Source of the DNA: an uncultured Verrucomicrobiae bacterium
Lineage (GTDB): Bacteria; Verrucomicrobiota; Verrucomicrobiia; Chthoniobacterales; JAATET01
Length of the DNA: 64,000 nt
Direction: 5' to 3'
Assembly (NCBI GenBank): GCA_963719495.1
Contig: CAVRCI010000005.1
Location: forward strand, 96,001 to 160,000
Both the position numbers and the translations under genes were made by a program. The notes beneath the pieces are model-generated. The model searched no databases and was not told the DNA's origin. It saw only the letters and a list, made by a program, of their open reading frames with translations. How positions within the stretch are numbered: position 1 is the stretch's first letter; every line of letters starts with the position of its first letter. Shown here piece by piece: positions 8,303-19,208 of the stretch.

Positions 8303-9777
8303 ACAAACGTCATATCTGTCTCGCCGTCGATCTCGGCGCCGGCAGCGGCCGCGTGGTCGCTGGCATCCTCGAAAACGACCGCCTCGACCTCCGCGTCGTC
8401 AATCGGTTCAGCAACAAACCCGTCAAACTCGACGACGGCTGGCACTGGCAATTCGACCGCCTCTTCGCCGAGATCCAGACCGGCATCCGGCAGGCCATCG
8501 AAACCTTTGGCACCGACGTCCGCTCGATCGGCGTCGACACTTGGGGCGTCGATTACGGCCTCCTCGACGCGGACGGCGCTCTTCTCGCCGCGCCAATGCA
8601 ATACCGCGACAGCCGCACCGACGGCATGATGGACGAGGCGTTCACCCGGATGCCGCGCACCGAGATCTACGATCGGACCGGCATCCAGTTCATGTATTTC
8701 AACACGCTCTACCAACTCCTCGCCGAAGCGCGCGGACCGGAGAAGCGCCTCGACCGGGCCAAAAGCCTCCTCCTCCTCCCCGATCTCATCAACTACCGCC
8801 TCACCGGTCGCCAAGCGACCGAGCGTTCGATCGCCAGCACCGGCCAGCTCCTCACCGCCGCCACGCAGGATTGGGACCGCGATATCCTCCGCGCCATGGA
8901 CCTGCCAGAGGCGATCTTCGGCGACCTCGTCGACGCCGGCACCGACCTCGGACCGCTCCTGCCCGAGGTGGCCGCTTCGCCCGGCGAGGACGCGATCCGC
9001 GTGATCGTCTCCGCCGGCCACGACACCGCCGCCGCCGTCGCCGGCGTGCCCGCCGCCGAGAGCGAGCCCGTTTTCCTCAGTTCCGGCACGTGGTCGCTCT
9101 TCGGGCGCGAGTTGCCCGCCCCGGTCATCACCGAAGCGGGCTACGAAGCCGGTTTCTCCAACGAAAGCGGCGTCTTCGGGACCACCCGCTATCTCAAGAA
9201 CATCGCCGGCCTCTGGCTCCTCCAGGAATGCAAGCGCCACTGGGACGCCGCGGGCAGCACGCTCGACTTCGGCGCGCTGGTCGACGCCGCCGAGGCCGCG
9301 CCCGCCTTCGCGGCGGTCCTCAACCCGGACGACCCGTGCTTCCAAGCCCCCGAGCACATGCCGACGGCGATCGCCGATTACCTCGAACGCACCGGCCAAC
9401 CCGGTCTCACGGAACCCGGCGACGTCACGAGGCTCATCCTCGAGGGTCTCGCTTTCCGCTACCGCGACGCGAAGGAAACTCTCGCAGTCCTCACCGACCG
9501 CCCCGTCGAGCGCATCTACGTCGTCGGCGGCGGATCGCAAAATCGCCTCCTCAATCAATTCGCCGCCGACGCCACCGGTTGCAACATCATTGCCGGTCCG
9601 GTCGAGGCCACCTCGGCGGGCAACGTCCTCATGCAACTCTACGCGCTGGGCGAGATTTCCTCGCTCGCCGAGGGCCGCGAGCTGATCCGGCGCTCGTTCG
9701 AAACCGTAACCTTCGAGCCACGCGACACCGCCGCCTGGGCCACCGCCAGCCTCCGCTTCAACCAACCACCCGCCTAA
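8299..9777 (+). CDS. rhaB: Rhamnulokinase (FGGY family)
   Basis: AVDLGAGSGR, GVDTWGVDYG, YRDSRT, GHDTA, SSGTWS, GPVEATSAGN; ATGA-coupled to the regulator. Confidence 0.92.
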   Translation: MNKRHICLAVDLGAGSGRVVAGILENDRLDLRVVNRFSNKPVKLDDGWHWQFDRLFAEIQTGIRQAIETFGTDVRSIGVDTWGVDYGLLDADGALLAAPMQYRDSRTDGMMDEAFTRMPRTEIYDRTGIQFMYFNTLYQLLAEARGPEKRLDRAKSLLLLPDLINYRLTGRQATERSIASTGQLLTAATQDWDRDILRAMDLPEAIFGDLVDAGTDLGPLLPEVAASPGEDAIRVIVSAGHDTAAAVAGVPAAESEPVFLSSGTWSLFGRELPAPVITEAGYEAGFSNESGVFGTTRYLKNIAGLWLLQECKRHWDAAGSTLDFGALVDAAEAAPAFAAVLNPDDPCFQAPEHMPTAIADYLERTGQPGLTEPGDVTRLILEGLAFRYRDAKETLAVLTDRPVERIYVVGGGSQNRLLNQFAADATGCNIIAGPVEATSAGNVLMQLYALGEISSLAEGRELIRRSFETVTFEPRDTAAWATASLRFNQPPA

Positions 9778-9786
9778 CCCCACCCC

Positions 9787-9899
9787 CTCTTTCTCTTAAT
9801 CCTAATCTTAGTCTTTCTCAGTCGTAACAATCCGCACTCTCCACTCCAAAACCAACCCGGGAGAAGAGTAGGGCAAAGATTATGATTAAGAGAAAGAGG
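9787..9899. repeat. Inverted pair of hexamer-type tandem repeats
   Basis: CTCTTTCTCTTAATCCTAATCTT ... AAGATTATGATTAAGAGAAAGAG. Confidence 0.6.
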
Positions 9900-9912
9900 T
9901 GAAACATTCCGC

Positions 9913-11412
9913 ATGAACTACTCGACCCACATCGAAGATCCCGACGTCGTCCTCATCGGCAGCGGCGTCATGTCCGCCAACCTCGGTGCTTTGCTGAAAC
10001 GCCTCTCGCCCGACCTGAAGATCCAGGTCTACGAAGTGACCGCCGACGCCGCGCAGGAGAGTTCGAACGGCTGGAACAACGCCGGCACCGGCCACGCCGG
10101 CATCTGCGAGTTGAGTTACACCCCCCACCGCGAAGCCGATGGCACCGTCGACGCCTCCCGCGTGATCGGCATCTTCGAGCAATTCGAGGCCTCGCGCCAA
10201 TTCTGGGCCACCGCCATCGCCGACGGCATGGTCACCAACCCCAAGGAATTCATCAATCCCGTCCCGCACCTCAGCTTCGTCCACGGCGAGGAACAGGTTG
10301 ATTTTCTCAAAGCCCGCCACGCCGCGATGTCGGCGCACCACTTCTTCGCGTCGATGGAATACTCGACCGACCGCGAGACCATCGGCGCCTGGTCGCCCCT
10401 CCTCACCGAAGAGCGCGGCGAAGTCCCCATCGCCGCGACCAAGATGGACGCCGGCACCGACGTGAACTTCGGCGCGATCTCGCAAAAACTCATCGCCTGG
10501 CTCGCCAAGCAACCCGGCTGCGGCGTTGCGTCCGGCCACCGCGTGACCGACCTCACGAAGACGAAGTCCGGCTGGGATCTGCGAATCAAGGAACTCACGA
10601 CCGGAAAAATCCGAAAGAACCGCGCGAAGTTCGTCTTCGTCGGAGCCGGCGGCGGCAGCCTCCCGCTGCTCCAAAAGGCGGGCATCCCCGAAGCCAAGGG
10701 CCTGGGCGGCTTCCCGATCGGCGGCCAGTGGCTCGTCTGCGACGTCCCCGAGATCGTCGACCGCCACCAGGCGAAAGTTTACGGTCAGGCGCTCGACGCG
10801 GCGCCCACCATGGCTGTTCCCCACCTCGACACCCGCATCCTCGACGGAAAGAAAACGCTCCTCTTCGGCCCCTTCGCCGCGTGGACGACGAAATTTCTCC
10901 ACAAACACGGCAGCTACCTCGATCTCCCGCTCTCCGTGAAAGCCGACAACCTCGCGACCCTCGTCAAAATCGGCATCCACAACCTCGACCTCGTCCGCTA
11001 CCTCATCCAGCAGGGCACCCAGAGCATGCGGGACCGCATGGACGTCCTCCACGTCTTTTACCCTGCCGCCGAGGCCAAGGATTGGAAGCTCATCGACGCC
11101 GGCATCCGCGTCCAGGCCATCAAGAAGACCGACGGCGAAGCCGGCATCGTCCACTACGGCACGGAAGTCATCACCGACGCCGACCGCACGATCTCCGCCC
11201 TCCTCGGCGCGTCCCCCGGCGCGTCCGTCTCGGTCGACATCGTTCTCGAAGTCGTGAAAAAATGTTTCCCACAACTCCTCGAAACCGCTGAAGGCCAAGA
11301 GCGCATGAAGCACCTCATCCCCACGTGGGACGTCGACATCAAGCTCCCGGAAAACGCCGACTACTACCGCGAAGTCGCCGCCACCGCCACCGAGCGACTC
11401 CAGCTTGGGTGA
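9913..11412 (+). CDS. mqo: Malate:quinone oxidoreductase
   Basis: IGSGVMSA, ESSNGWNNAGTGHAG.CEL.Y, PHLDTR, AGIRVQ.IK, LLGASPGAS. Confidence 0.93.
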   Translation: MNYSTHIEDPDVVLIGSGVMSANLGALLKRLSPDLKIQVYEVTADAAQESSNGWNNAGTGHAGICELSYTPHREADGTVDASRVIGIFEQFEASRQFWATAIADGMVTNPKEFINPVPHLSFVHGEEQVDFLKARHAAMSAHHFFASMEYSTDRETIGAWSPLLTEERGEVPIAATKMDAGTDVNFGAISQKLIAWLAKQPGCGVASGHRVTDLTKTKSGWDLRIKELTTGKIRKNRAKFVFVGAGGGSLPLLQKAGIPEAKGLGGFPIGGQWLVCDVPEIVDRHQAKVYGQALDAAPTMAVPHLDTRILDGKKTLLFGPFAAWTTKFLHKHGSYLDLPLSVKADNLATLVKIGIHNLDLVRYLIQQGTQSMRDRMDVLHVFYPAAEAKDWKLIDAGIRVQAIKKTDGEAGIVHYGTEVITDADRTISALLGASPGASVSVDIVLEVVKKCFPQLLETAEGQERMKHLIPTWDVDIKLPENADYYREVAATATERLQLG

Positions 11413-11429
11413 CGAGGAATGCGGTTGTG

Positions 11430-11559
11430 GACAGGATTTACAGGATTGAGAGGATTATACTTTAGTGACTTCGAGCCGCGCCTCCGTCCAAGTTCTGCGC
11501 TTCCAATCATTCCTCACGCATCCTTCAGGACAATCCCGTAAATCCTGTTAATCCTGTCA
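11430..11559. repeat. Inverted pair of 9-mer (ACAGGATTT-type) tandem repeats
   Basis: GACAGGATTTACAGGATTGAGAGGATT ... AATCCCGTAAATCCTGTTAATCCTGTC; same family at 55962-56061, 58816-58954 and a solo arm at 29736-29762. Confidence 0.75.
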
Positions 11560-11574
11560 ATAAAACCCTCACCC

Positions 11575-12003
11575 ATGCTCCGCGGAATCTCCCCCCTCAT
11601 CAGCCCCGACCTCCTCGCCGTCCTCGCCCGCATGGGCCATGGCGACGAGATCATCCTCGCCGACGCCCACTTCCCCGGCGACACCTGCAACGCCCGCGTC
11701 CTGCGAGCCGACGGCCTCCGCATCCCCGATCTCCTCGCGGCGATCATGCCGCTCTTCACCCCCGACCAATACGTCGACCATCCATTCGCGATGATGGCCG
11801 CCGTCCCCGGCGACGAACTCGATCCGACCGTCGAACAATCCTACCTCGCCGCGATCCGCGAGACCTGGCCCGACATCACCGCCGTCGAACGAGTCGCGCG
11901 AATGGCGTTCTACGACCGAGCCCGCGCCGCTTTCGGCGTCGTCATGACCGGAGAGACCGCCAAATACGGCAACATCGCCCTCCGCAAAGGCGTCACCGGC
12001 TGA
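11575..12003 (+). CDS. fucU: RbsD/FucU-family mutarotase (L-fucose mutarotase-like)
   Basis: [37 protein letters not shown]. Confidence 0.88.
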   Translation: MLRGISPLISPDLLAVLARMGHGDEIILADAHFPGDTCNARVLRADGLRIPDLLAAIMPLFTPDQYVDHPFAMMAAVPGDELDPTVEQSYLAAIRETWPDITAVERVARMAFYDRARAAFGVVMTGETAKYGNIALRKGVTG

Positions 12004-12004
12004 C

Positions 12005-12508
12005 GTGCGCCGCGCCTTCGTAGTCGCCGGGCTTTTCGTCGCCGCGACACTCCACGCCAACACCGCCTCGGACCGCCTCGCCGAATACTCCGCTTCACTC
12101 AGCGAGAAATTTCCGGACGTCCCCACGATCACAACAGCGGAACTGGCCGCACTCGCGCCACCGCCCGTTCTTCTCGACGCCCGGTCCGCGAAGGAATTCG
12201 CCGTCAGCCACATCCCCAACTCTCTCCGTTTCACCGGCACTCCGGACCTGGCGCGCGACCAACCGATCGCCGTCTACTGCTCGGTCGGCTACCGCTCCGC
12301 GCTCGTCGTCCGAAAGCTCCAAGCCGCCGGCTTCACGAACGTCCGCAACCTCGAAGGCTCCATCTTCGCCTGGGCCAACGAAGGCCGCCCGCTCGTCCAC
12401 GCCATCGGTCCCGCCACCGGCGTCCACCCGTTCAACTTCCTCTGGGGTCGCTACCTCGACCGCCGGCTCTGGAAATGGAATCTCGATGAAGATCAAAACC
12501 GCGAATGA
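12005..12508 (+). CDS. Secreted rhodanese-like domain protein
   Basis: Signal peptide; LLDAR...EFAVSHIP, YCSVGYRS, NLEGSIFAW. Confidence 0.88.
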   Translation: MRRAFVVAGLFVAATLHANTASDRLAEYSASLSEKFPDVPTITTAELAALAPPPVLLDARSAKEFAVSHIPNSLRFTGTPDLARDQPIAVYCSVGYRSALVVRKLQAAGFTNVRNLEGSIFAWANEGRPLVHAIGPATGVHPFNFLWGRYLDRRLWKWNLDEDQNRE

Positions 12509-12637
12509 ACGCTAATGGACGCGAATAATGCCGATATCTCTCTCAAAGCGCATCAATTCCCAAGGTCGTGCCATCGGCCACCACGCGATGGCGCGGAATT
12601 CTCACTACATCCGCGTCCATTCGCGTCCATCCGCGGT
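12499..12637. repeat. Inverted pair of 10-mer (ATTCGCGTCC-type) tandem repeats
   Basis: CCGCGAATGAACGCTAATGGACGCGAAT ... ATCCGCGTCCATTCGCGTCCATCCGCGG; related copies at 2326-2354 and 2447-2474. Confidence 0.7.
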
Positions 12638-12661
12638 TAAAAATTCACTGAAAATTCAATC

Positions 12662-14815
12662 TCATTTTTCGCCGAGATTTTCCCGAAACGCCGCCACGTC
12701 GTTCGTTGGCAACCGGCACACGAAATTCTCACAGACGTATCCCGTCGGTTTCCCGCCGATCGCCGCCACGCTCTCGTAAAACTCCGCCTCGCTCGCAAAA
12801 AACGTCCGGTCTACCTCCCCGTCGATCAGCGCCAGCACGGTCCCCGGGCGATATTCCGACCACACCGCCCGCAGCATTTCCTGCGTCGCCTCGGCCTCCC
12901 GGTCGCCGACAATTACGATCTGCCGCGCCGCCGAAAGCTCGACCTCGAGCGCAACCAACCCCATCGGCATCGCGAGCGGTGCCCGGCTCATCGGCTCCCC
13001 AAGCGCACCCAATGTTTCCCCGGCCCGCTCGGTCATCGCCGGGTCTCCGAGCAGATGCCCGAGCCGCGACAAATTGAGCGCCGACACCGTATTCGGCGAA
13101 GGCTCCGCCGCGTCCGACAGCTCCTTCATGCGCAGCAACACGTCGGCATCGTCCGCAACCGAGCTGAAATACCCGCCGCCCTCCGCGTCCCAGAAAAGCT
13201 CATCCTGTTTCGCCTGCAACGCCTTCGCCCACGCAAGCCGTTCCACGTCGAAGCCCGATTCGTAAAGATCGACCAACCCCCCGATCACGAACGCGTAATC
13301 CTCCGCAAACCCATCGATCCCAGCTCCCTCGCCCCGCCAGGAACGGCCGAGCTTCCCCGTCGCCTCGTCGAAAAGATTCGCCTTCAGAAACTCCGCCGCG
13401 CGGTTCGCCGCCGCCAAATATTCTTCGTCACCGAGGACCTGATACCCCTTAGCGAACGCCGAGATCATCAAACCGTTCCACGCCGCCAGCACCTTGTTGT
13501 CGAGGTGCGGACGCGGCCGCGCCTCGCGGACCTCGAACAGTTTCCGCCGACTCTCCGCCAATCCGTCGGTCGACCCGCGCTCGATCAGCACGTTCTTTCC
13601 GCGTAATTCCGGTTCCGCTCCCGCGTTCCCGCCCGGCTCGACGCCGTAAACCGCACCAAATTCCGCCGCGGCCTCCGCCCCCAACACCGCCTCGATCTCA
13701 TCCGCCGTCCACACGTAAAACGCCCCCTCCGCTTTGTCCTTAAACCCAGCCCGCACGTAGCTGTCCGCGTCCTCCGCCGAATAAAATCCGCCCTCCGGCG
13801 AAGTCAGATCCCGCAACACGTAGGTAAAAATGTCGCGCGCCGTCTCCGCGAATTCCTCCCGTTGCGTCATCTGAAACGCGATGAGATACGCTTCGGCGAG
13901 CTGCGCCTGATCGTAGAGCATTTTCTCGAAGTGCGGGACGTGCCACTCGGCGTCGACCGAATAGCGGTGAAATCCTCCGCCCAGATGATCGTGAATCCCA
14001 CCCTTCGCCATCTTCTCCAACGTGAACGTCGCCATCTCGATCGCCCGCTTCCCGACCTCCGAATCCCCCCCAACCCGCCGCGCTTCGCTGAACAAAAACA
14101 GCAACTCCGAAGGCCGCGGAAACTTCGGCGCACCGCTGAACCCACCGTCCTTCGCGTCGAATCGCTCGACCATCTGATCGAACCCGGCCTCGAGAATCTG
14201 TGCGTCGAGCTTGGTCTCCGAGGCCTCGCCGCTCACAGCAAACTTCCGCAATTGCTCGGTGACTTCCGAAGCCTGCTCGCGGATCCCCGCCGCATCCGTC
14301 TTCCAGGCGTTCGCAATCTGTTCGATCACCGTCGGAAAACCCGGGCGCCCGTAAGCGCTCTTCGGCGGAAAATAGGTCCCACCCACGATGGGTTCCAAAT
14401 CCGGCGTGAGCCAGACGTTCAGCGGCCAACCACCGCCGCCCGTCGTCGCCTGCAGGAACGCCATGTAAACCCGATCCACGTCGGGCCGCTCCTCGCGGTC
14501 GAGCTTCACGTTGATAAAACTCTCGTTCAACTGCGCCGCGATTGCGGGATCACTGAACGACTCCCGGTTCATCACGTGGCACCAGTGACAGGTCGAATAC
14601 CCAACCGACAAAAAGATCGGCTTGTTCTGCTCCCGAGCCGCCGCAAAAGCCTCCTCGCCCCACGGATACCAATCGACGGGATTATCGGCGTGCTGCTGCA
14701 AATAAGGCGAAGTCGCGTCGGCGAGCCGATTCTTCGCGAAAACGGAACTCGCCCCGAACCCCACCATCACCACAAAGAGACACCACGCGGAACCCAGCCT
14801 TTTGATTCGCCCCAC
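12662..14815 (-). CDS. Thioredoxin domain-containing protein, YyaL/SSP411 family (start uncertain)
   Basis: NRLA...[41 protein letters not shown]. Confidence 0.9.
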   Translation of the reverse strand: MGRIKRLGSAWCLFVVMVGFGASSVFAKNRLADATSPYLQQHADNPVDWYPWGEEAFAAAREQNKPIFLSVGYSTCHWCHVMNRESFSDPAIAAQLNESFINVKLDREERPDVDRVYMAFLQATTGGGGWPLNVWLTPDLEPIVGGTYFPPKSAYGRPGFPTVIEQIANAWKTDAAGIREQASEVTEQLRKFAVSGEASETKLDAQILEAGFDQMVERFDAKDGGFSGAPKFPRPSELLFLFSEARRVGGDSEVGKRAIEMATFTLEKMAKGGIHDHLGGGFHRYSVDAEWHVPHFEKMLYDQAQLAEAYLIAFQMTQREEFAETARDIFTYVLRDLTSPEGGFYSAEDADSYVRAGFKDKAEGAFYVWTADEIEAVLGAEAAAEFGAVYGVEPGGNAGAEPELRGKNVLIERGSTDGLAESRRKLFEVREARPRPHLDNKVLAAWNGLMISAFAKGYQVLGDEEYLAAANRAAEFLKANLFDEATGKLGRSWRGEGAGIDGFAEDYAFVIGGLVDLYESGFDVERLAWAKALQAKQDELFWDAEGGGYFSSVADDADVLLRMKELSDAAEPSPNTVSALNLSRLGHLLGDPAMTERAGETLGALGEPMSRAPLAMPMGLVALEVELSAARQIVIVGDREAEATQEMLRAVWSEYRPGTVLALIDGEVDRTFFASEAEFYESVAAIGGKPTGYVCENFVCRLPTNDVAAFRENLGEK

Positions 14816-14819
14816 ATTT

Positions 14820-14844
14820 CGGAGGGCGAGGCTCCCGCCGAGCC
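14820..14844. repeat. REP-like palindrome GGAGGGCGAGGCTCCCGCCGAGCC
   Basis: Identical copy at 58010-58034; related copies near 2269-2305 and 62791-62816. Confidence 0.7.
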
Positions 14845-14902
14845 ACCGCAAACCAGTTGGGCCGCTCAACAAACCAAGCTCCCGCGGTCCCGTCCTACCA
14901 AA

Positions 14903-16015
14903 TCACGCCGCCTCCGCCAGCGATTGCCCAAGAGCATTCAGCACGATGTCGACGTTGTCGCTCGTGGACGATTCGCCCATCAAGCCGATCCGCCAGACCT
15001 TCCCCTTGAGCGGCCCGAGTCCCGCGCCCACTTCAATCCCGAAGTGCTGCAGCAAATGCGTTCGCACCTTGGCCTCGTCGACGCCTTCCGGCACGCGCAC
15101 GCTGTTCAGCTGCCAAAGTTGGTGACCCGGCTGCGACGCGATCTCGAGGTCGAACTCGGCGAGTCCGGCTTTGAGTTTGTGGTGATTCCGCTCGTGCCGG
15201 GCGAACCGGTCCTCGAGACCTTCTTCGAGAACAAGGCGGAGTGCTTCGTGCAGCGCGTAGTTCATCGAGATCGGAGCCGTGTGGTGATACGCGCGCTCCG
15301 TGCCCCAGTAGGAGGCGAGGAGATTCACGTCCAAATACCAGCTCTGGACCTTCGTCTTGCGCGACGTCGCCTTTTCCATCGCCCGCTCGCTCAGCGAGAC
15401 CGGCGACAGCCCGGGAGGGCAGGAAAGACACTTCTGCGTGCCGCTGTAAACGGCGTCCACGCCCCACTCGTCCAGCTTGACCGGACAGCCCGCCAGCGAC
15501 GTGACGGTGTCGATGAGCAGCATCGCACCCGCGTCATTGGCGACCTTCGAAATCGGTTCGATCGGCGTCAACGCGCCCGTCGACGTCTCGGCGTGAACCA
15601 CGCCGATGATCTTCGGATTTCGCCCCTCGATGGCTTTCGCCACGGCCTCCGCAGTGATCACGTGTCCCCACTCGGCCTCGACTTTGATCACCTCCGCCCC
15701 GCAGCGCGAGGCCACGTCGGCCATGCGACCGCCGAAGACTCCGTTCACGCAGACGACGACTTCGTCGCCGGGCTCGACCAGATTCACGAGACAGAATTCC
15801 ATGCCCGCGCTGCCCGTGCCACTCACCGGAAACGTCATCCGGTTCTTCGTCTGAAACACCTCGCGCATCATCGTCTTGATCTGCTCCATCATTTCCATGA
15901 ACGCCGGATCCATGTGACCGATCAGCGGCTTCGCCATGGCTTCGAGGATCGACGGCGCGACCATGCTGGGGCCGGGGCCTAGAAGGAGACGGGAGGGTGG
16001 GTGGAAAGTTTCCAA
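14903..16015 (-). CDS. Alanine-glyoxylate / serine-pyruvate aminotransferase (class V PLP)
   Basis: [42 protein letters not shown]. Confidence 0.92.
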   Translation of the reverse strand: METFHPPSRLLLGPGPSMVAPSILEAMAKPLIGHMDPAFMEMMEQIKTMMREVFQTKNRMTFPVSGTGSAGMEFCLVNLVEPGDEVVVCVNGVFGGRMADVASRCGAEVIKVEAEWGHVITAEAVAKAIEGRNPKIIGVVHAETSTGALTPIEPISKVANDAGAMLLIDTVTSLAGCPVKLDEWGVDAVYSGTQKCLSCPPGLSPVSLSERAMEKATSRKTKVQSWYLDVNLLASYWGTERAYHHTAPISMNYALHEALRLVLEEGLEDRFARHERNHHKLKAGLAEFDLEIASQPGHQLWQLNSVRVPEGVDEAKVRTHLLQHFGIEVGAGLGPLKGKVWRIGLMGESSTSDNVDIVLNALGQSLAEAA

Positions 16016-16034
16016 AGTGATTGGTGAGTGGTGA

Positions 16035-16598
16035 TCAGTGATTGATAGGTAACTTCGCGGTGCCCGCGAGAGTCAGGAGGACGACCCCGTAAAAAATCGA
16101 ATTGATGCCGTAGAGCAACCCGATAATAGCGGGCGCGTCGCCCGGGAACCCGGAGAAAATCAGGATGCCCAAGACAAAAGCGACGATGCCGTTGACGAGC
16201 ATCAGCCACTTCGGACGACCCGTCGGACCGCGAAAGCTCCCGATGGCGAAGACGAGCCCCTCCGCGATGAAGAAAATCCCGAGAATAATTGCCAAAGACA
16301 ACGCCCCGGCCAGTGGATCAACCAGCAGCATCAACCCGACCACCAACCGAATCACCGCCAGAATCACCGACGTCGTGCGGTGATGTTTTTCGTCTCCGAA
16401 AACCACCGCGCCGATCGAGAACACGCCGCTGATCACGCAGAAAATGCCGATCACCTGCGCGATCGCGAGGGCCGCGATGTTTGGCAGCAGGATGGCGAAA
16501 ACGCCGACCAGCAGCGAAACGACGCCGAAGAAAATGAGCCAGCCGCGCTTTTTCGGCAGGAGAGCGGTCGCGGAAGCGGGGAGATCGGAGTCGGCCAT
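16035..16598 (-). CDS. HdeD/DUF308-family membrane protein
   Basis: Six short TM helices in two repeats with G...G spacing. Confidence 0.75.
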   Translation of the reverse strand: MADSDLPASATALLPKKRGWLIFFGVVSLLVGVFAILLPNIAALAIAQVIGIFCVISGVFSIGAVVFGDEKHHRTTSVILAVIRLVVGLMLLVDPLAGALSLAIILGIFFIAEGLVFAIGSFRGPTGRPKWLMLVNGIVAFVLGILIFSGFPGDAPAIIGLLYGINSIFYGVVLLTLAGTAKLPINH

Positions 16599-16642
16599 GA
16601 CTCCCAGAATTAGGCGACCACGCGGCCCCCGTCAAAAGCCAA

Positions 16643-17152
16643 TCATTGCAGCGTCTTCACGAGCTTCGTGACGTCGAAGTCCCGCGCGACCGCTTCGGCG
16701 ACGATCCGCTCGTAAACCGCCGGCGAGATTTTCGGATCGCGCGCGAGGATCCACAGATAATCCCGCGACGGCGATCCCACCAACGCCCAGTCGTAAGCCT
16801 CCTCGTCCAAAGCGAGGATCCAGTAGTCACCCGTGAACGGCCAAAAGAAGCTCACCTTCAGCTTGGAGTTGTCGCTGCCCGCCACGGGTTTTGCCGTGCC
16901 GACGCTCCGCTTGGTCTCGCCTTCCGCCGTCACGCACTGGTTGTCGACCTTGATCGTTCCGTCTTCCCGAGGCGTGTAGGTCGCCGTCACCGCGCGGGCG
17001 CAATCGCGTTGAAACCACGTCGGGAAGCGCGCGATCTCGTGCCACTCGCCGGAGTAACGTTTGAGGTCGACGCTCGCGACGGTGGCGGGCGGATTGGACG
17101 TGGCGCACGCCCCGAGGGCGAGGCTGAGGGCGGCAAGGGCGAGGAATTTCAT
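16643..17152 (-). CDS. blc: Lipocalin-family lipoprotein (Blc-like)
   Basis: Lipobox LGAC; VDLKRYSGEWHEIARFP, KLKVSFFWPF.GDYWIL, YLWILAR. Confidence 0.9.
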   Translation of the reverse strand: MKFLALAALSLALGACATSNPPATVASVDLKRYSGEWHEIARFPTWFQRDCARAVTATYTPREDGTIKVDNQCVTAEGETKRSVGTAKPVAGSDNSKLKVSFFWPFTGDYWILALDEEAYDWALVGSPSRDYLWILARDPKISPAVYERIVAEAVARDFDVTKLVKTLQ

Positions 17153-17207
17153 TCGGAAACTGGGTTTGGATGTGACGCGGGCGGGTGCCCGTCCTAATTT
17201 CCACCCG

Positions 17208-18788
17208 ATGACGCGCCTCTTCGCAAGCCTCGCCTTGATCGCCCTCCTCGCGGGCTGCGGCGGACCGCGCGACCGGGCGGACCTCGTTTTCATCAACGGC
17301 GCGGAACCCGAGACCCTCGACCCCGCCATCATCACCGGCCAACCCGAGGGCCGCATCGTCAACGCCCTCTTCGAAGGCCTCACCAGCTACGACCGCACCG
17401 GCAAGGCCGTTCCCGGCGTCGCCGAATCCTGGACCATCTCCGACGACGGCCGCACCTACACGTTCCGTCTCCGCCCCGACGCCAAGTGGAGCGACGGCCG
17501 CACCGTCACCGCCACCGATTTCGTCCGCTCCTGGCAGCGCACCCTCACGCCCGCCACCGGCTCCGCCTACAACTACCAACTCTACTACGTCAAAAACGCC
17601 CAGGCCTTCGCCAACGGCACCCTCACCGACTTCGCGCAGGTCGGCGTCCGAGCCCTCGACGACCGCACACTCGAAGTCGAACTCACCAATCGCACCCCGT
17701 TCTTCCTGGAACTCGCCGCCTTCCCCACGCTCCACCCCGTCCCGGTCGACCTCATCGACCGCGTCGGCGACGATTGGGTCAAGCCCGAGCACCTCGTCAA
17801 CAACGGCGCCTACCTCCTCGAGGACTGGCGGCTCAACGACCACATCCGCCTCCGCAAAAATCCCGACTACTGGAACGCCGCCGCCGTCGCCGTCGAGACC
17901 GTCGACATTCTCCCGATCAATCAGGCCAACACCGCGTTCAATTTCTACGAAAGCGGCATCGCCGACCTCGCCATCGACAAAGGCCTCATGCCCCCCGCGC
18001 TCCTCGAGAATCTCAAGACGCGCCCCGACTTCCACGCCGCCCCCTTCCTCGGCACGTTTTTCCTGCGCTACAACTGCGTGGCCGGCCCCTTCGCCGACCC
18101 CCGCGTCCGCCGCGCCTTCTCCCTCGCCGTCGACAAACGCCGCATCGTCGAAAAAATCACCCGCGCCGGCGAGACCCCCGCCGCCGGTTTCGTCCCCCCC
18201 GGCATCGACGGCTACGTCTCCCCCGACGGCCTCCCCTACGACCCCGCCCAGGCAAAGGCCCTGCTCGCCGAAGCTGGCTACCCGAATGGCGAAGGCTTCC
18301 CCCTCGTCCGCTACCTCTACAACGAGAGCGAGCAGAACCAAGCCATCGCCGTCGAACTCCAGGCCATGTGGCGCGACGTCCTCGGCGTGACCGTCAACCT
18401 CACCCGCCAGGAGTGGAAGGTCTACCTCAACTCCATGAACGAACTCGACTACGACATCGCCCGTTCGAGCTGGGTCGGCGACTACCCCGACCCGAACACC
18501 TTCCTCGACATGTTCCTCACCGGCGGCGGCAACAACCGCACCGGCTGGACCGATCCCGCCTACGACGCCCTCATCGCCCGCGCAGCGGAAACCGTCGACC
18601 CCGCCGCGCGCTTCGACGTCCTCCGCGCAGCCGAGCGCCTCCTCGTGACGGAGGCCTCCCCCATCTGCCCTATCTACTTCTACGTCGGCATCCAGCTCTA
18701 CGACCCCAACCGCATCGGCGGCATCGAACCCAACGTCCTCGACGAGCACCCGATCAAAGCCATGTTCGTCCGCGACGGGGGCGACTGA
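17208..18788 (+). CDS. Peptide ABC transporter substrate-binding lipoprotein (OppA-like)
   Basis: Lipobox LAGC; EPETLDP, AESWTISDDGRTYTFRLR..AKWSDG, WVGDYPDP. Confidence 0.92.
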   Translation: MTRLFASLALIALLAGCGGPRDRADLVFINGAEPETLDPAIITGQPEGRIVNALFEGLTSYDRTGKAVPGVAESWTISDDGRTYTFRLRPDAKWSDGRTVTATDFVRSWQRTLTPATGSAYNYQLYYVKNAQAFANGTLTDFAQVGVRALDDRTLEVELTNRTPFFLELAAFPTLHPVPVDLIDRVGDDWVKPEHLVNNGAYLLEDWRLNDHIRLRKNPDYWNAAAVAVETVDILPINQANTAFNFYESGIADLAIDKGLMPPALLENLKTRPDFHAAPFLGTFFLRYNCVAGPFADPRVRRAFSLAVDKRRIVEKITRAGETPAAGFVPPGIDGYVSPDGLPYDPAQAKALLAEAGYPNGEGFPLVRYLYNESEQNQAIAVELQAMWRDVLGVTVNLTRQEWKVYLNSMNELDYDIARSSWVGDYPDPNTFLDMFLTGGGNNRTGWTDPAYDALIARAAETVDPAARFDVLRAAERLLVTEASPICPIYFYVGIQLYDPNRIGGIEPNVLDEHPIKAMFVRDGGD

Positions 18789-18833
18789 CGACGCCCGAAC
18801 CCACATCCAACCTTCGCCGACCACAGCCCCCTC

Positions 18834-18926
18834 CTGTCATTCTGAACGAAGTGAAGAATCTCTGACTTCTCCGGCAAACGACCCGCCACGCAGGAAGTCC
18901 GCGATCCTTCACTCCGCTCAGGATAC
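18834..18926. repeat. REP-like inverted pair (GTCATnCTGAnCGAAGnGAAG family)
   Basis: CTGTCATTCTGAACGAAGTGAAGAATCTC ... GATCCTTCACTCCGCTCAGGATAC; other copies at ~25134, ~49950 and ~54648/54713. Confidence 0.75.
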
Positions 18927-18979
18927 CAGGTCGGGTGTCGACCCACTGCGATCGGCATCCTTTCGGAGGAAAAATCCCC

Positions 18980-19007
18980 TTGACGCCCGCGCCCCCCGTC
19001 CTACCTT
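18980..19007 (+). promoter_or_regulatory. Putative sigma70 promoter of the SAM-riboswitch operon
   Basis: TTGACG-N16-TACCTT immediately before the riboswitch P1. Confidence 0.5.
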
Positions 19008-19013
19008 TACCCC

Positions 19014-19143
19014 ATCTTATCAAGAGTGGCAGAGGGACAGGCCCGCTGAAGCCACGGCAACCGACCCGGAATCGCACCCGCGACTCCGAGTGACCAGGTG
19101 CCAAATCCTGCTCGAAGGCTCCGGCCCTCGGGGAAGATGAGAT
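19014..19143 (+). ncRNA. SAM-I (S-box) riboswitch
   Basis: P1 ATCTTATC/GATGAGAT, AAGAG, GAGGGACAGGCCC, GAAGCCACGGCAACC, GGTGCCAAATCCTGC, GGAAGATGAG all match the S-box consensus. Confidence 0.93.
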
Positions 19144-19208
19144 GCGAACCGCCTCTTCGTAGGTCTGTCCGCCTCTGCCGCTCTTGATGGGACGAAAAGT
19201 CATACCCA

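Noticed and set aside
13862..15982. 706-aa plus-strand ORF, and similar long ORFs such as 37421-39769, 16827-18824 and 34621-36501
   Set aside because: Antisense shadows of well-supported genes, caused by strong GC3 bias.
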